A DNA stretch of 64,000 bases from Gaiellaceae bacterium (lineage in GTDB: Bacteria > Actinomycetota > Thermoleophilia > Gaiellales > Gaiellaceae): positions 483 to 64,482 of the forward strand of contig DATFCX010000010.1 of assembly GCA_035252585.1 (NCBI GenBank). Reading direction: 5' to 3'. The position numbers were made by a program, and so were the translations under genes. Below the pieces are notes generated by a model. It was not told the DNA's origin. It saw only the letters and a list, made by a program, of their open reading frames with translations, and searched no databases. Positions 28,813 to 38,430 of this stretch are shown piece after piece (position 1 is the first letter of the stretch; every line of letters begins with the position of its first letter).

Positions 28813-30972
28813 ATGGGCTTGACCGGGCGCCTGGCTCGGGCCAGCGCGGCGCGGCCGAGGCGGACGTTCGCGCTCTGGGGCGTGGCGGTGCTGGTTGCGT
28901 TCGCGCTGATCGCGACCTCGCTCCACGGGCTGAGCTCCAACGGAAACGTCGTGGGCAACCCGGAGTCGACGAAGGCGAAGGACACGATCGCGCGTGCCTT
29001 CCCGGGAGTCGTCGCGAGCGAGAAGCAGGACGTGATCGTCGTGACCTCGAGCCGCCACATGGTGGACTCGCCGCAGTTCCGCGCGTTCGGCGCGCGCCTC
29101 GAGGCAGCGCTTCGAGCGACCGGCGAGGTGCGCAATGCTCGGCCGGTCGCCGTCTCGCGCGATCGTAGGTCGGCGCTCGTGTCGGTGGAGATCCGCAGCG
29201 ACTCCGGCGCGCACGCCGTCGAGCGGGCCGTGGAGAGGGCGAACGGCGGCGCGTTCCAGGTCGGCATCACCGGCTACCACTCCACCGGCTACGACTTCGG
29301 CAAGCAGTCGCAGACCGACCTCGAGAAGGGCGAGCTCGCCTTCGGCCTCCCGGCCGCGCTCATCGTCCTCGTGCTCGTCTTCGGCGCTCTGGTCGCCGGG
29401 CTCGTGCCGGTGCTGATGGCGATCCTGTCGATCGTCGTCGCGCTCGGCCTGGTCGCCCTGATCTCGCTCGGGTTCTCGCTCTCGGTCTTCATCGTGAACA
29501 TGCTCACGGGGATGGGGCTGGCGCTCGGGATCGACTACTCGCTCTTCGTCGTGTCGCGCTACCGCGAGGAGCGACTGCGCGGTCTCGAGAAGGAGGACGC
29601 CATCGAGCACGCCGGCGCCACCGCCAGCCGGGCCGTGCTCTTCAGCGGCAGCACGTTCGTCGTCGCGCTCGTGGGGATGTTCATCGTCCCGACCTCGATC
29701 ATGCGTAGCCTGGCACTGGGCGCGATCCTGGTCGGCATCGTCTCGGTCGCTGCTGCGCTGACACTGCTGCCGGCCCTGCTGAGCGTCACCGGCGACCGCG
29801 TCGACGCGCTGCGCGTGCCGATCCTCGGCCGGAATCTCGGTCGCGCCGACGCGGCCGAGGGCCGCTTCTGGCGGCGGATCGTGGAGCTCGTGCTGCGGCG
29901 ACCCGCGCTGTCGCTCGCCCTGGCTGTCGCGCTGATGCTCGCCGCCGCGTCGCCCATCTTCGGCCTTCACATCGGGGCGAACGGCGTCAGCACCCTGCCG
30001 CCGAATCTGCCCTCGAGACAGGGCTACGACCTGCTGCAGCGCGCCTTCCCCGGCCAGAACCCTCAGCCGGTCAGGATCGTCGCCGTCGGTGGCGGCCCGA
30101 GGACGCCGCTCGACATGATCGCCCTCAAGAGCGATCTCGACGCGGATCTCTTCGGCCGCGGGACGATCCAGACGGCGAGCGGTCCGCCCCGCATCGTGTT
30201 GCTGACGGTGCCGCTCCGCGGCGACCCGGTCGGCAAGGACGCGGTGGCGGCTGTGCGCGAGCTCCGCTCCGACCTGATCCCGGCCGCCTTTCGAGACAGC
30301 GGCGCGCGCGTCTACGTCGGCGGGACGACGGCGGAGAACGTCGACTACTTCGACGCGGTGACGAACCCGACGCCGTACGTGCTCCTGTTCGTGCTCGGCC
30401 TGAGCTTCATCCTGCTCACGATCGCCTTCCGCTCGGTCGTCGTCGCGCTCGTCTCGGTCCTGCTCAACCTGCTCTCCGTCGGCGCCGCGTACGGACTGCT
30501 CACGCTCGTCTTCCTCGAGGGCCACGGCGCGGGTCTGTTCGGCTTCCAGCACACGAACGTGATCGACGCGTGGGTGCCGCTCTTCCTGTTCTCGGTGCTG
30601 TTCGGGCTCTCGATGGACTACCAGGTGTTCCTGATGAGCCGGATCAAGGAGCGCTACGACGAATCGGGCTCGACGCACGCCGCGCTGATCGGGGGCGTGG
30701 CGTCGACGGCGCGGATCATCACCGGGGCGGCCGTGATCATCGTCGTCGTCTTCGCCGGCTTCGCCGCCGGGCAGCTCGTGATGTTCCAGCAGATGGGCTT
30801 CGGTGTCGCCGTAGCGCTGCTCCTCGACGCGACGATCATCCGCTCGGTGGTGCTGCCCAGCATGCTCGGCCTCCTCGACCGGCACAGTTGGTACCTGCCG
30901 CGCTGGCTCGACTGGATCCCGCACGTCGAGGTCGAGCGCCCGATCGCGACGCCGCCCGTGGCGGACCTCTGA
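28813..30972 (+). CDS. MMPL/RND-superfamily membrane transporter
   Basis: 719 aa. It has two blocks of 5-6 TM helices, each preceded by a periplasmic loop. GIDYSLFVVSRYREE and GLSMDYQVFLMSRIKE are the duplicated MMPL motifs. Confidence 0.85.
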   Translation: MGLTGRLARASAARPRRTFALWGVAVLVAFALIATSLHGLSSNGNVVGNPESTKAKDTIARAFPGVVASEKQDVIVVTSSRHMVDSPQFRAFGARLEAALRATGEVRNARPVAVSRDRRSALVSVEIRSDSGAHAVERAVERANGGAFQVGITGYHSTGYDFGKQSQTDLEKGELAFGLPAALIVLVLVFGALVAGLVPVLMAILSIVVALGLVALISLGFSLSVFIVNMLTGMGLALGIDYSLFVVSRYREERLRGLEKEDAIEHAGATASRAVLFSGSTFVVALVGMFIVPTSIMRSLALGAILVGIVSVAAALTLLPALLSVTGDRVDALRVPILGRNLGRADAAEGRFWRRIVELVLRRPALSLALAVALMLAAASPIFGLHIGANGVSTLPPNLPSRQGYDLLQRAFPGQNPQPVRIVAVGGGPRTPLDMIALKSDLDADLFGRGTIQTASGPPRIVLLTVPLRGDPVGKDAVAAVRELRSDLIPAAFRDSGARVYVGGTTAENVDYFDAVTNPTPYVLLFVLGLSFILLTIAFRSVVVALVSVLLNLLSVGAAYGLLTLVFLEGHGAGLFGFQHTNVIDAWVPLFLFSVLFGLSMDYQVFLMSRIKERYDESGSTHAALIGGVASTARIITGAAVIIVVVFAGFAAGQLVMFQQMGFGVAVALLLDATIIRSVVLPSMLGLLDRHSWYLPRWLDWIPHVEVERPIATPPVADL

Positions 30973-31181
30973 GCCCGCGCCGGCCGTAGAGGAGGCATGT
31001 TCGGGATCGTCGGCCGCGGATCCGGCAGAAGGACCTGATCGGAGGAGGAGCCGAAGAGATCCCCGGGCACGTCGGGTACGGGCAGTGGTTCATCCACCGC
31101 CACGGGATCGAGCACTACCTCTGGGTCTGGTTCGGCCGCACGCACCCGACGCGACGCCAGCTCGCGCGGGCGAACGCCGAG

Positions 31182-31730
31182 CTACGGACTGCCGGCTAGC
31201 CGGGCAGGCTCGGGAAGGCTCGACGCGCGCTCGGGCGGGTCGCCGGGGAGCGGCCACTCGCGTCCGAGCCGGTCGACCCAGACGGCGCAGCGCCCCGTGG
31301 CGCGGGCCCCCGCGACGTCCCAGGCGTGCGCGGCGACCAGGATCGCGTCCCCGGGCAGGAGCTCGTACACCTCCGCGTGCGGCTTGTAGCGCTCGACCTC
31401 CTCCGCCGAGCGGATCTCCGCGACGGAGCCCGCCATACCGCCTCGCTCCAGCAGCTTCTCCGTTGCCTCTCGCCCGCCGTTCGTCAGGACCCAGGGCTCG
31501 GCGCCCGAGGCGCGGACTCGCTCGATCGCCGGCAGTCCGTCGCCGTACGGTTCGAGCTCCGGCAGTCGTCGCGCGAGATCCGGATCGAGGGCCGCGGCGA
31601 GCTCGTCGAGCGGAGCCCACCCGCCCGCGACCGTCAGGGCCAGGGCGTGGTGGAGGACGCGAGGCATTCGCTCCTCCAGATCGCCGAGGTCGAAGAGCGT
31701 GCCGAGCGAGTCGAACGCCACCACCGTCAT
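31182..31730 (-). CDS. HAD-superfamily hydrolase (haloacid dehalogenase type II-like)
   Basis: VVAFDSLGTLFDL (motif I D-x-x-GT), VLTNGG, and KPHAEVYEL...LVAAHAWDVAGA. Confidence 0.7.
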   Translation of the reverse strand: MTVVAFDSLGTLFDLGDLEERMPRVLHHALALTVAGGWAPLDELAAALDPDLARRLPELEPYGDGLPAIERVRASGAEPWVLTNGGREATEKLLERGGMAGSVAEIRSAEEVERYKPHAEVYELLPGDAILVAAHAWDVAGARATGRCAVWVDRLGREWPLPGDPPERASSLPEPARLAGSP

Positions 31731-31735
31731 GCCGC

Positions 31736-32173
31736 TCAGGTGTCCGGCGGCGGACGGCGCAAACGCTTCGTCCGGGAGCGGCGCTTCTTCTGCTCGAGCC
31801 TTCGCTCGCGGGCGGCCGCGGTCGGCTTGGTGGGCACGCGCTTGCGCTCGACGCGGAGTGCATCCCGGAGCGCCCCCACGAGGCGCTCGAGCGCGAGGTC
31901 GCGGTTGCGCGATCGGCTGCGCTCGTCCTGTGCCACGGCCCGCAGGACCGGGCCCGCGCGCGCGATCACGCGCCGCTTCTGGGTCGGCGTGAGTGCGTTC
32001 GAGGCCTCGACGTCGAAGACGGCGACGATCCGCGTCTCGGACTTCTGCGCGTGCTGGCCGCCGGGCCCGCTCGAGCGGGAGACCTGCAGCTCCACCTCCG
32101 CCAGCGGCAGCACGACCGAACGCGTGACGCGAATAGACTCGGCTGGTACTTCCCGCTCCGTAGGCGTCGGCAT
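31736..32173 (-). CDS. arfB: alternative ribosome-rescue factor ArfB (peptidyl-tRNA hydrolase, GGQ protein)
   Basis: SSGPGGQHAQKSETRI GGQ motif plus a Lys/Arg-rich C-terminal tail. 145 aa. Confidence 0.85.
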   Translation of the reverse strand: MPTPTEREVPAESIRVTRSVVLPLAEVELQVSRSSGPGGQHAQKSETRIVAVFDVEASNALTPTQKRRVIARAGPVLRAVAQDERSRSRNRDLALERLVGALRDALRVERKRVPTKPTAAARERRLEQKKRRSRTKRLRRPPPDT

Positions 32174-32217
32174 AGCCGACGCCTACGCTACTGGTCGGCT
32201 CCGTCTAGCCTACGCCG

Positions 32218-32997
32218 ATGGCCGCGATTCTGCTCGACGTGGACGGCGTCCTGCACGTCTCCGGCCAGCCGCTGCCGGGCGCGGCCGACGCGGTGCGCCG
32301 TCTCCGCGACGCCGGCCACCGGCTCCGTTTCGTCACGAACGCGACGACGCGCTCGAAGGCGGACCTCGCCGCGGGTCTCCAGTCGACCGGAATCGACCTC
32401 GAGGTGGCGGAGGTGCAGACGACGGCGGACGCAGCCGTCGAGGCGCTGAAGGGCCGGCGCGTCCTCGCGCTCGTCATGCATTCGCTCGTCGGCGACCTCG
32501 AAGGGCTCGAGCTCGTCGGCGACAACGTCGACGCAGTCCTGATCGGCGGCGCCGACGACTCGCCCGAGACGAACCTCGTCTTCTCCTACATGAACCTCGC
32601 GCGCGCCTTCGCCGAGCTCGAGCTCGGCGCCGATCTCTACTGCCTGCACCGCAACCGCTGGTGGCAGACGCAGCGCGGGCCGCTGCTCGACTCCGGTTGC
32701 TACGTCGCCGGGCTCGAATACGCCGCGCAGACCGCTGCGAACGTGCTGGGCAAGCCGAGCCCTGCCTACTTCGACGCCGCCTGTCGCGCGCTCGACGCCG
32801 AGCCCTCCATGACCTGGATGGTCGGCGACGACCTCGAGACGGACGTGGCGGGCGCGCGCGGGGTCGGGATGCGGGCCGTGCTCGTCCGCACGGGGAAGTT
32901 CCGGCCGGACGCCGTCGAGGCGTCGCGGATCAAGCCGGACGGGATCGTCTCCTCGATCGCGCATCTTCCCGAGTGGCTCGAGGAGCACATCGCTTGA
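32218..32997 (+). CDS. HAD-IIA family phosphatase (NagD-like)
   Basis: ILLDVDGVLH, FVTNATTRS, GKPSPAYF and MVGDDLETDVAGA motifs. Confidence 0.8.
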   Translation: MAAILLDVDGVLHVSGQPLPGAADAVRRLRDAGHRLRFVTNATTRSKADLAAGLQSTGIDLEVAEVQTTADAAVEALKGRRVLALVMHSLVGDLEGLELVGDNVDAVLIGGADDSPETNLVFSYMNLARAFAELELGADLYCLHRNRWWQTQRGPLLDSGCYVAGLEYAAQTAANVLGKPSPAYFDAACRALDAEPSMTWMVGDDLETDVAGARGVGMRAVLVRTGKFRPDAVEASRIKPDGIVSSIAHLPEWLEEHIA

Positions 32998-33365
32998 CGG
33001 TCAGCGTCGGGACTGACCTGATCGAGATCGAGCGGGTCCGCCGTTCGCTCGCGCGTTACGCACGGTTCCGGGAGCGCTGCTTCACCGAGGCCGAGCGCGC
33101 CTACTGCGACTCTCGCCGCAACCCTGCCCAGAGCTACGCCGGCCGCTTCGCCGGCAAGGAGGCCGTCGGCAAGGCGCTCGGCTTCGGCGTGGCGCGGGCG
33201 TTCGCCTGGCAGGAGATCGAGATCGCCGGTCGGCCCAAGCCGGCGGTTCGCCTCTCCGGTCGGCTCGCGGAGAGGGCCGCCGCGCTCGGCATCGGCTCGG
33301 TCGACCTCTCGATGACGCACTCCCGCGAGCTCGCGCAGGCGGTTGCGGTCGCGACCGATGGCTGA
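32994..33365 (+). CDS. acpS: holo-[acyl-carrier-protein] synthase
   Basis: The TTG start overlaps the HAD stop (TTGA). VGTDLIEIERV, FAGKEAVGKALG. The 123 codons are the C-terminal part of track ORF 31326-33365. Confidence 0.85.
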   Translation: MTVSVGTDLIEIERVRRSLARYARFRERCFTEAERAYCDSRRNPAQSYAGRFAGKEAVGKALGFGVARAFAWQEIEIAGRPKPAVRLSGRLAERAAALGIGSVDLSMTHSRELAQAVAVATDG

Positions 33366-34686
33366 GCTCGAGCCGCTCTACACAACGGAAGAGATGCGGG
33401 CCGCGGAGGCGGGCCACGAGGTCGACGCGATGATGCAGCGCGCGGGCGCCGCCGTGGCCGAGGCGCTCATGCGCCGCTTCCCCGACGCTCGCCGCATCGC
33501 CCTGCACGCGGGCGGCGGCGCCAACGGCGGCGACGGACGGATCGCCGCGGAGCTCCTGCAGGCCCAGGGACGCGAGCTCGTCGACGGGCGGCCCGACGTC
33601 GTGATCGACGCGCTCCTCGGCACGGGGCTGAAGGGCGCACCGCGCGACGAGACGTCGCGGCTCATCGAGGAGATCAACGCTGCCGGCGTTCCGGTTCTCG
33701 CGGTCGACATCCCGTCCGGGGTGAACGCGTCCACGGGGGAGGTCGCCGGCGCGGCTGTGCAGGCCGACGTCACCGTGACGATGCACGGCCCGAAGGTCGG
33801 TCTCGCCGTCGCGCCGGGGCGCTTCCACGCAGGCGAGGTGGAGGTCGCGGACATCGGCCTCGACGCCGCGGCGACCGAGCACCGGCTCGTCACGCGCGAG
33901 ATCCTGGCGGCCGTTCCGCGCCGCTCGGCGCGCGACAACAAGTACACCGCCGGCCACGTGCTCGTCGTCGGGGGGTCGCGCGGGATGACGGGAGCCCCGG
34001 CGCTCGCCGCGCGCGCCGCGCTCCGCGCCGACGTCGGCTACGTGACGATCGCCGCTCCCGGCGAGTCGCTCCCCGTGCTCGAGACGCTCGTGCTGGAGGC
34101 GGTGAAGCGGCCTCTCGAGGACGTCTTCGACGTGGCGGGCCAGGCGAAGGCCCTCGCCTTGGGGCCCGGGCTCGGCCGCGAGAAAGAGGCCAAGGCGCTC
34201 GTCCGCCGCCTGCTTGCGGAGGTCGACGTACCGGCTGTCGTCGACGCCGACGCGCTCTTCGAGCTCGAGCCGGGCGACTGGCCCGCGCCGCGCGTCCTGA
34301 CTCCGCACGAGGGCGAGCTCGCGCGCCTGCTCGGGAGGGAGTCGAAGGAGATCGCAGCGCACCGGCTCGCGTCGGCGCAAGAGGCGGCGGAGCAGTTCCG
34401 CGCGGTCCTCGTCCTCAAGGGCGAGGACTCGCTCGTCGCAGCGCCCGGCCGCGGAGTCCTCGTGTGCGCGCTCGGTCTGCCGTCGCTCTCGACCGCGGGC
34501 ACGGGGGACGTCCTCACCGGCGTCACGGCCGCGTTCCTCGCGAAGGGCATGGAGCCGCGGATAGCGGCGGCGGCGGCGTGCGCGGCCCAGCAGCTCGCGT
34601 CGCACGAGGCGGCGCAGCGCTACGGCCTCGTGGCGAGCGACGTCGTCGAGGCGCTGCCGAGGGCGTTAGCTCTCGGTCTCGGGTAG
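33358..34686 (+). CDS. nnr: bifunctional NAD(P)H-hydrate repair enzyme (epimerase/ADP-dependent dehydratase)
   Basis: YjeF-N motif GGGANGGDG and C-terminal kinase-fold motif AGTGDVLTG. ATG 33358 overlaps the acpS end by 8 nt. Confidence 0.85.
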   Translation: MAELEPLYTTEEMRAAEAGHEVDAMMQRAGAAVAEALMRRFPDARRIALHAGGGANGGDGRIAAELLQAQGRELVDGRPDVVIDALLGTGLKGAPRDETSRLIEEINAAGVPVLAVDIPSGVNASTGEVAGAAVQADVTVTMHGPKVGLAVAPGRFHAGEVEVADIGLDAAATEHRLVTREILAAVPRRSARDNKYTAGHVLVVGGSRGMTGAPALAARAALRADVGYVTIAAPGESLPVLETLVLEAVKRPLEDVFDVAGQAKALALGPGLGREKEAKALVRRLLAEVDVPAVVDADALFELEPGDWPAPRVLTPHEGELARLLGRESKEIAAHRLASAQEAAEQFRAVLVLKGEDSLVAAPGRGVLVCALGLPSLSTAGTGDVLTGVTAAFLAKGMEPRIAAAAACAAQQLASHEAAQRYGLVASDVVEALPRALALGLG

Positions 34687-36240
34687 CCGGTCGAGGCGCA
34701 GGATCTCGGGCAGCCGAAGGTTCTCGACACCGCGGCTGCGCTCGATCCAGCCGAGAGCCGCGAGCAGCAGGCAGAGGCCTATGAGGGTGACGCCGCCCCA
34801 GACGATCCCGACCGACCGCTCGCGGACGAGCTCGAGGGCCGGCAGGGGGAGGATGAGGAGAGGCGTCAGCACGAGGCCCAGGCCAGGAGTCCGTGCGCGC
34901 CGGATCTGCGCGACCCACAGATGGAGCAGGTGGAGCGCAAGGAAGAGCGCGGCGACCGAGAACCAGCTGCGCACCGCCTCGGCCCTGAGCTCCCAGGTCA
35001 GCGGCAGCACGCCCACCCAGCCCGGCACGACGGCCGCCCCTACACAGGCGAGCGACGCGAGCACGGGCAGGGTCCGCGGCAGCGCCCTTCTGCGGTCGAA
35101 GTGCGGCCACTCCAGGCGCGCGAACGTCGCGAGCAGGAGCAGCCCCGCTGCCGCGTAGCCGACGTACGCGCCGTAGCCGACGTGGACGAACCGATTGTCC
35201 TCTTCCGTCACGACGATGCCGACGGTGGCGATGAGGACCGCGATGCCGAGCACGGCCTCGAGTGCGTAGGTCGCAGCCGGGACGAAGACCGGTGCCGCGA
35301 GGATCAGCAGCGCCAGGCCGCCGGCCGTTGCGCCGGGAATCGCCTGCCAGCCGTCAGACGTGAAGCGGCCCCCGGCGAATTGCTGCCAGGGCAGGAACAA
35401 CGAAATGAGGAGCAGCAGGGCCGAGCCGAGCCGGAGAGCGGTCCAGCGATCCGTGGCTGCGGAGACCTCGATCGGCCTCCGGGCGCGCGCGGCCTCGAGC
35501 GCAACGAGCGCGACGGCGCAGGCGATGCCGACCCAGGTGCCGTAGACGTGGGGCGCGCTGAACTCGACGCCGTTCGCTGCGGCTCCCGTGAGGACGGCCA
35601 CGGCGACGGCGGCGCCGAGTCGCAAGCGCGGTTCCCGTCTCCATACCCATCCCGCGCCGACGAGGAGCCCGGCTGCGGCAATCATGGCCGCGGGGCTGGC
35701 CAGCCCGATCACCGTGACCCCGCCCGGCGCCTTCTGCCACGGCAGGAGGAAGGAGACGAGCAGGCCGAGACCGAGCAGGGCCGCCGCCGCTTCCGTGGTG
35801 GTCAGTCGCCGGAGCAGCTCGTCTCTCCGCAGCACGAGCGCGGTCAACGCAGCCAGCCCGCCGCTCGCGCCTCCCAGGTAGACCCCGTAGCTCCACCCCC
35901 AGTGCAGGTGTCCATAACCGGTCCAGCCGGCCGGGCCCGGATAGACCCCGATTGGGAAGGCGAACTCGGTCAGCTGCAGGGCCGTGCCTGCGGCGAAGTA
36001 GGCAAGGGAGACGCCGAGTCCGCCGAGCGGCAGCCTCGACGTGCGGCTCGGCCGGATCAGGGCGGCAGTCGCGGCGACGGCGAGCGCCACGGCGAGCAGC
36101 GCGGCTGCATAGCTCGGCGCGGCGGACCAGCCGATGAGGTCTCCGGGCGCGTTGTGGGGCGTGCGCCACCGCAGGTAGAGACTCGCGATGAAGGCGAGCG
36201 CGCTCGCGATCAGCACGAGCAGCGGGACGCGAACTCTCAT
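34666..36240 (-). CDS. hypothetical large polytopic membrane protein with internal repeats
   Basis: 524 aa and almost entirely hydrophobic. Three reiterated modules: ALAFIASLYLRWRTPHNAPGDLIGW, LGLLVSFLLPWQKAPGGVTVIG and ALLLLISLFLPWQQFAGGRFTSDGW. No family recognised. Confidence 0.6.
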   Translation of the reverse strand: MRVRVPLLVLIASALAFIASLYLRWRTPHNAPGDLIGWSAAPSYAAALLAVALAVAATAALIRPSRTSRLPLGGLGVSLAYFAAGTALQLTEFAFPIGVYPGPAGWTGYGHLHWGWSYGVYLGGASGGLAALTALVLRRDELLRRLTTTEAAAALLGLGLLVSFLLPWQKAPGGVTVIGLASPAAMIAAAGLLVGAGWVWRREPRLRLGAAVAVAVLTGAAANGVEFSAPHVYGTWVGIACAVALVALEAARARRPIEVSAATDRWTALRLGSALLLLISLFLPWQQFAGGRFTSDGWQAIPGATAGGLALLILAAPVFVPAATYALEAVLGIAVLIATVGIVVTEEDNRFVHVGYGAYVGYAAAGLLLLATFARLEWPHFDRRRALPRTLPVLASLACVGAAVVPGWVGVLPLTWELRAEAVRSWFSVAALFLALHLLHLWVAQIRRARTPGLGLVLTPLLILPLPALELVRERSVGIVWGGVTLIGLCLLLAALGWIERSRGVENLRLPEILRLDRLPETES

Positions 36241-36291
36241 CGGATCAGGAAATCTACTCCCAGTCCCGGTCGGTGACTAGGCTGGGCGCCC

Positions 36292-37302
36292 GTGCACCGG
36301 AGCGAGATCACGATCGACCTCGACGCGATCCGCCACAACGCGCGCCGGCTGCTCGAGGCGCTCGACGGGGCCGAGCTCTGGGCCGTGGTGAAGGCGAACG
36401 GCTACGGCCACGGCGCGAGCGACGTCGCGCGGGCGGCGCTCGAGGCGGGCGCCTCCGTTCTTTGCGTGGCGACCATGCCCGAGGGAGTCGCGCTGCGGCG
36501 CGACCACCGAGATGCGCGCATCCTCGTCATGTGTCCGGGCGACCCTGCCGAGGCGCGCGAAGCGCGGTTGGAGCTGGTCGTCTCGGGTGGCGGCGAGATA
36601 CCCGGCGACATCCCGGTGCACCTCAAGCTCGACACCGGCATGGGAAGGTGGGGGCTCGCCGAGCTGCCGGAGCCGCCCGCGAACGTCGTCGGACTGATGA
36701 GCCATCTCGCGACCGCCGACTCGGATCCGGCGTTCGCGCGGCGGCAGGTCGAGCGGTTCCGCGCGGCGACGGAGCCGTACGCCCATCTCACGCGGCACGT
36801 CGCGAACAGCGCCGCTGCGCTCCGTCTGGCTGAGTCTCGCTTCGACGCAGCCCGCTGCGGGATCGCCCTGTACGGGATCTCGCCCTTCGACACCGATCCG
36901 GCCGAGGACGGGTTGCGGCCTGCGCTGTCGTGGCGGAGCCGGCTCGCCCAGGTGCGCCTGCTCCAGCCGGGAGACAGCACCGGCTACGGCCGGCGGTTCG
37001 TCGCCGAGCGGCCGACGTGGATCGGGATCGTCCCGGTCGGCTACGCCGACGGGTTCCGGCGGGACATGACCGGTACCGAGCTGCTCGTCGACGGAGAGCC
37101 GCGGCGGACGGTCGGCACGGTCTCCATGGACGCGGTGGCCGTCGAGCTCGGCCGGGAACTGCCGGTGGGGACGCCGGTCACGATCGTCGGCGACGGGCTG
37201 CTCGTCGAGCGGCACGCCGACGCGGCCGGCACGATCGGCTACGAGATCGCGTGCGGGATCAGCTCCGACCCGGCTCGCGCCCGCCGTGTCGTCGTCGGCT
37301 GA
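36292..37302 (+). CDS. alr: alanine racemase
   Basis: ITIDLDAIRHNARRL and the PLP-Lys motif AVVKANGYGHG; GYADGF. GTG start. Confidence 0.9.
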   Translation: MHRSEITIDLDAIRHNARRLLEALDGAELWAVVKANGYGHGASDVARAALEAGASVLCVATMPEGVALRRDHRDARILVMCPGDPAEAREARLELVVSGGGEIPGDIPVHLKLDTGMGRWGLAELPEPPANVVGLMSHLATADSDPAFARRQVERFRAATEPYAHLTRHVANSAAALRLAESRFDAARCGIALYGISPFDTDPAEDGLRPALSWRSRLAQVRLLQPGDSTGYGRRFVAERPTWIGIVPVGYADGFRRDMTGTELLVDGEPRRTVGTVSMDAVAVELGRELPVGTPVTIVGDGLLVERHADAAGTIGYEIACGISSDPARARRVVVG

Positions 37303-37987
37303 CCGCTTCGCGCGTACGGCCGAGCACGTCGCGGCGCGGCAGGACTCCCGCGCAGCGCGGCTCGCGAAAGAGGTGCGCGACTTCGTCGCACCGAGCGGTG
37401 ACGAGCGAGTCCTCGACGTCGGCACCGGCGCGGGTGCGCTGGCGCTCGCGCTCGCGCCGCTCGTTCTGGCGGTCGTGGGGCTCGACCCGGTGCCCGAGCT
37501 GCTCGACCTCGCGCGCGCACGAGCCTTGTCGAACACCGAGTTCGTGGAGGGAGACGGCGCGGAGCTGCCGTTCCCGGATGGCGCCTTCGACCTCGCCGGC
37601 ACGCTCCGCACGCTCCATCACGTGGCGCGACCCGAGCAGGTAGTCGCCGAGCTCGCGCGCGTGACGAGGCCTGGCGGCCGCGTGCTCGTCGTGGACCAGC
37701 TCGCACCCGACGATCCGGACGAAGCGGCCGCGCTCCACGGGTTCGAGGCCGCCCGCGATCCGTCGCACACGCGCCTGCTCGCCGACGAGGAGCTGCGAGC
37801 GCTCTTCGCCGCGAACGATCTGTCGCTGCTACGGGAGCGCCGCGAGGAGGAGCGGCGTGACCTCTCGGCGTATCTCGACCTCGCCGGCTGCGAAGGCGAC
37901 CGCCGGGCGCGTGCCGAGGCGCTCGCGGAGGCCGACCCGCGCTTCCTCGTCGCCGGCGTCGGCTGGTACCTGCTCGAGCGAGGCTGA
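37286..37987 (+). CDS. class I SAM-dependent methyltransferase (Methyltransf_11-like)
   Basis: RVLDVGTGAGALALA motif I, LPFPDGAFDL, TRPGGRVLVVD. Overlaps the alr end by 17 nt. Confidence 0.75.
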   Translation: MSSSADRFARTAEHVAARQDSRAARLAKEVRDFVAPSGDERVLDVGTGAGALALALAPLVLAVVGLDPVPELLDLARARALSNTEFVEGDGAELPFPDGAFDLAGTLRTLHHVARPEQVVAELARVTRPGGRVLVVDQLAPDDPDEAAALHGFEAARDPSHTRLLADEELRALFAANDLSLLRERREEERRDLSAYLDLAGCEGDRRARAEALAEADPRFLVAGVGWYLLERG

Positions 37988-37988
37988 G

Positions 37989-38411
37989 CTAGTGCCCGGT
38001 GACGCCGCCGTCGAGGTTGGCGAACGCCTCGCGGAGCTGGGCGCGCTCGGCGTCGAGCTCGGTGAAGGAGAGCATCAGGCGCCGCTCGCCCTCCGCGGAC
38101 AGGCGGAGGTGGGCGACCCGCGCGTCCCGCTGCGACTGCTCCCGCTCTATCAGCCCCGCGCTCTCGGCGCGGCGCACTAGCTCGGTCACGGTGCTCTGCG
38201 CGAGCTGCATCCGGTCGGAGAGCTCCGTCACGGTCGACTGCTGGCTGCCGTCGGAGGCGCCCTTGATCATCATCAGCAGCGTGTAGCGCTGCGGGGTCAG
38301 GCCGGAGTGGCGTGCGATCTTCTCGCTGCGGCGGAGGAAGTGCCGCAGGGCCGAGCGGAACTCGGCGACGGCGATGACGTCCTGGATGCTCGGATCGCTC
38401 TGAATGGCCAT
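37989..38411 (-). CDS. MarR family transcriptional regulator
   Basis: LTPQRYTLLMMI...STVTELSDRMQLAQSTVTELVRRAESAGLIERE is a winged HTH. 140 aa. Confidence 0.8.
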   Translation of the reverse strand: MAIQSDPSIQDVIAVAEFRSALRHFLRRSEKIARHSGLTPQRYTLLMMIKGASDGSQQSTVTELSDRMQLAQSTVTELVRRAESAGLIEREQSQRDARVAHLRLSAEGERRLMLSFTELDAERAQLREAFANLDGGVTGH

Positions 38412-38430
38412 ATGCCGATTCTAGGGTTCT

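Noticed and set aside
30654-31145. A 163-aa minus-strand ORF covering the MMPL 3' end and the downstream spacer.
   Set aside because: Two thirds of it is antisense to the MMPL gene. The translation is Pro/Asp-rich low complexity. The plus-strand frame over 31056-31199 has a much stronger third-position GC signal.
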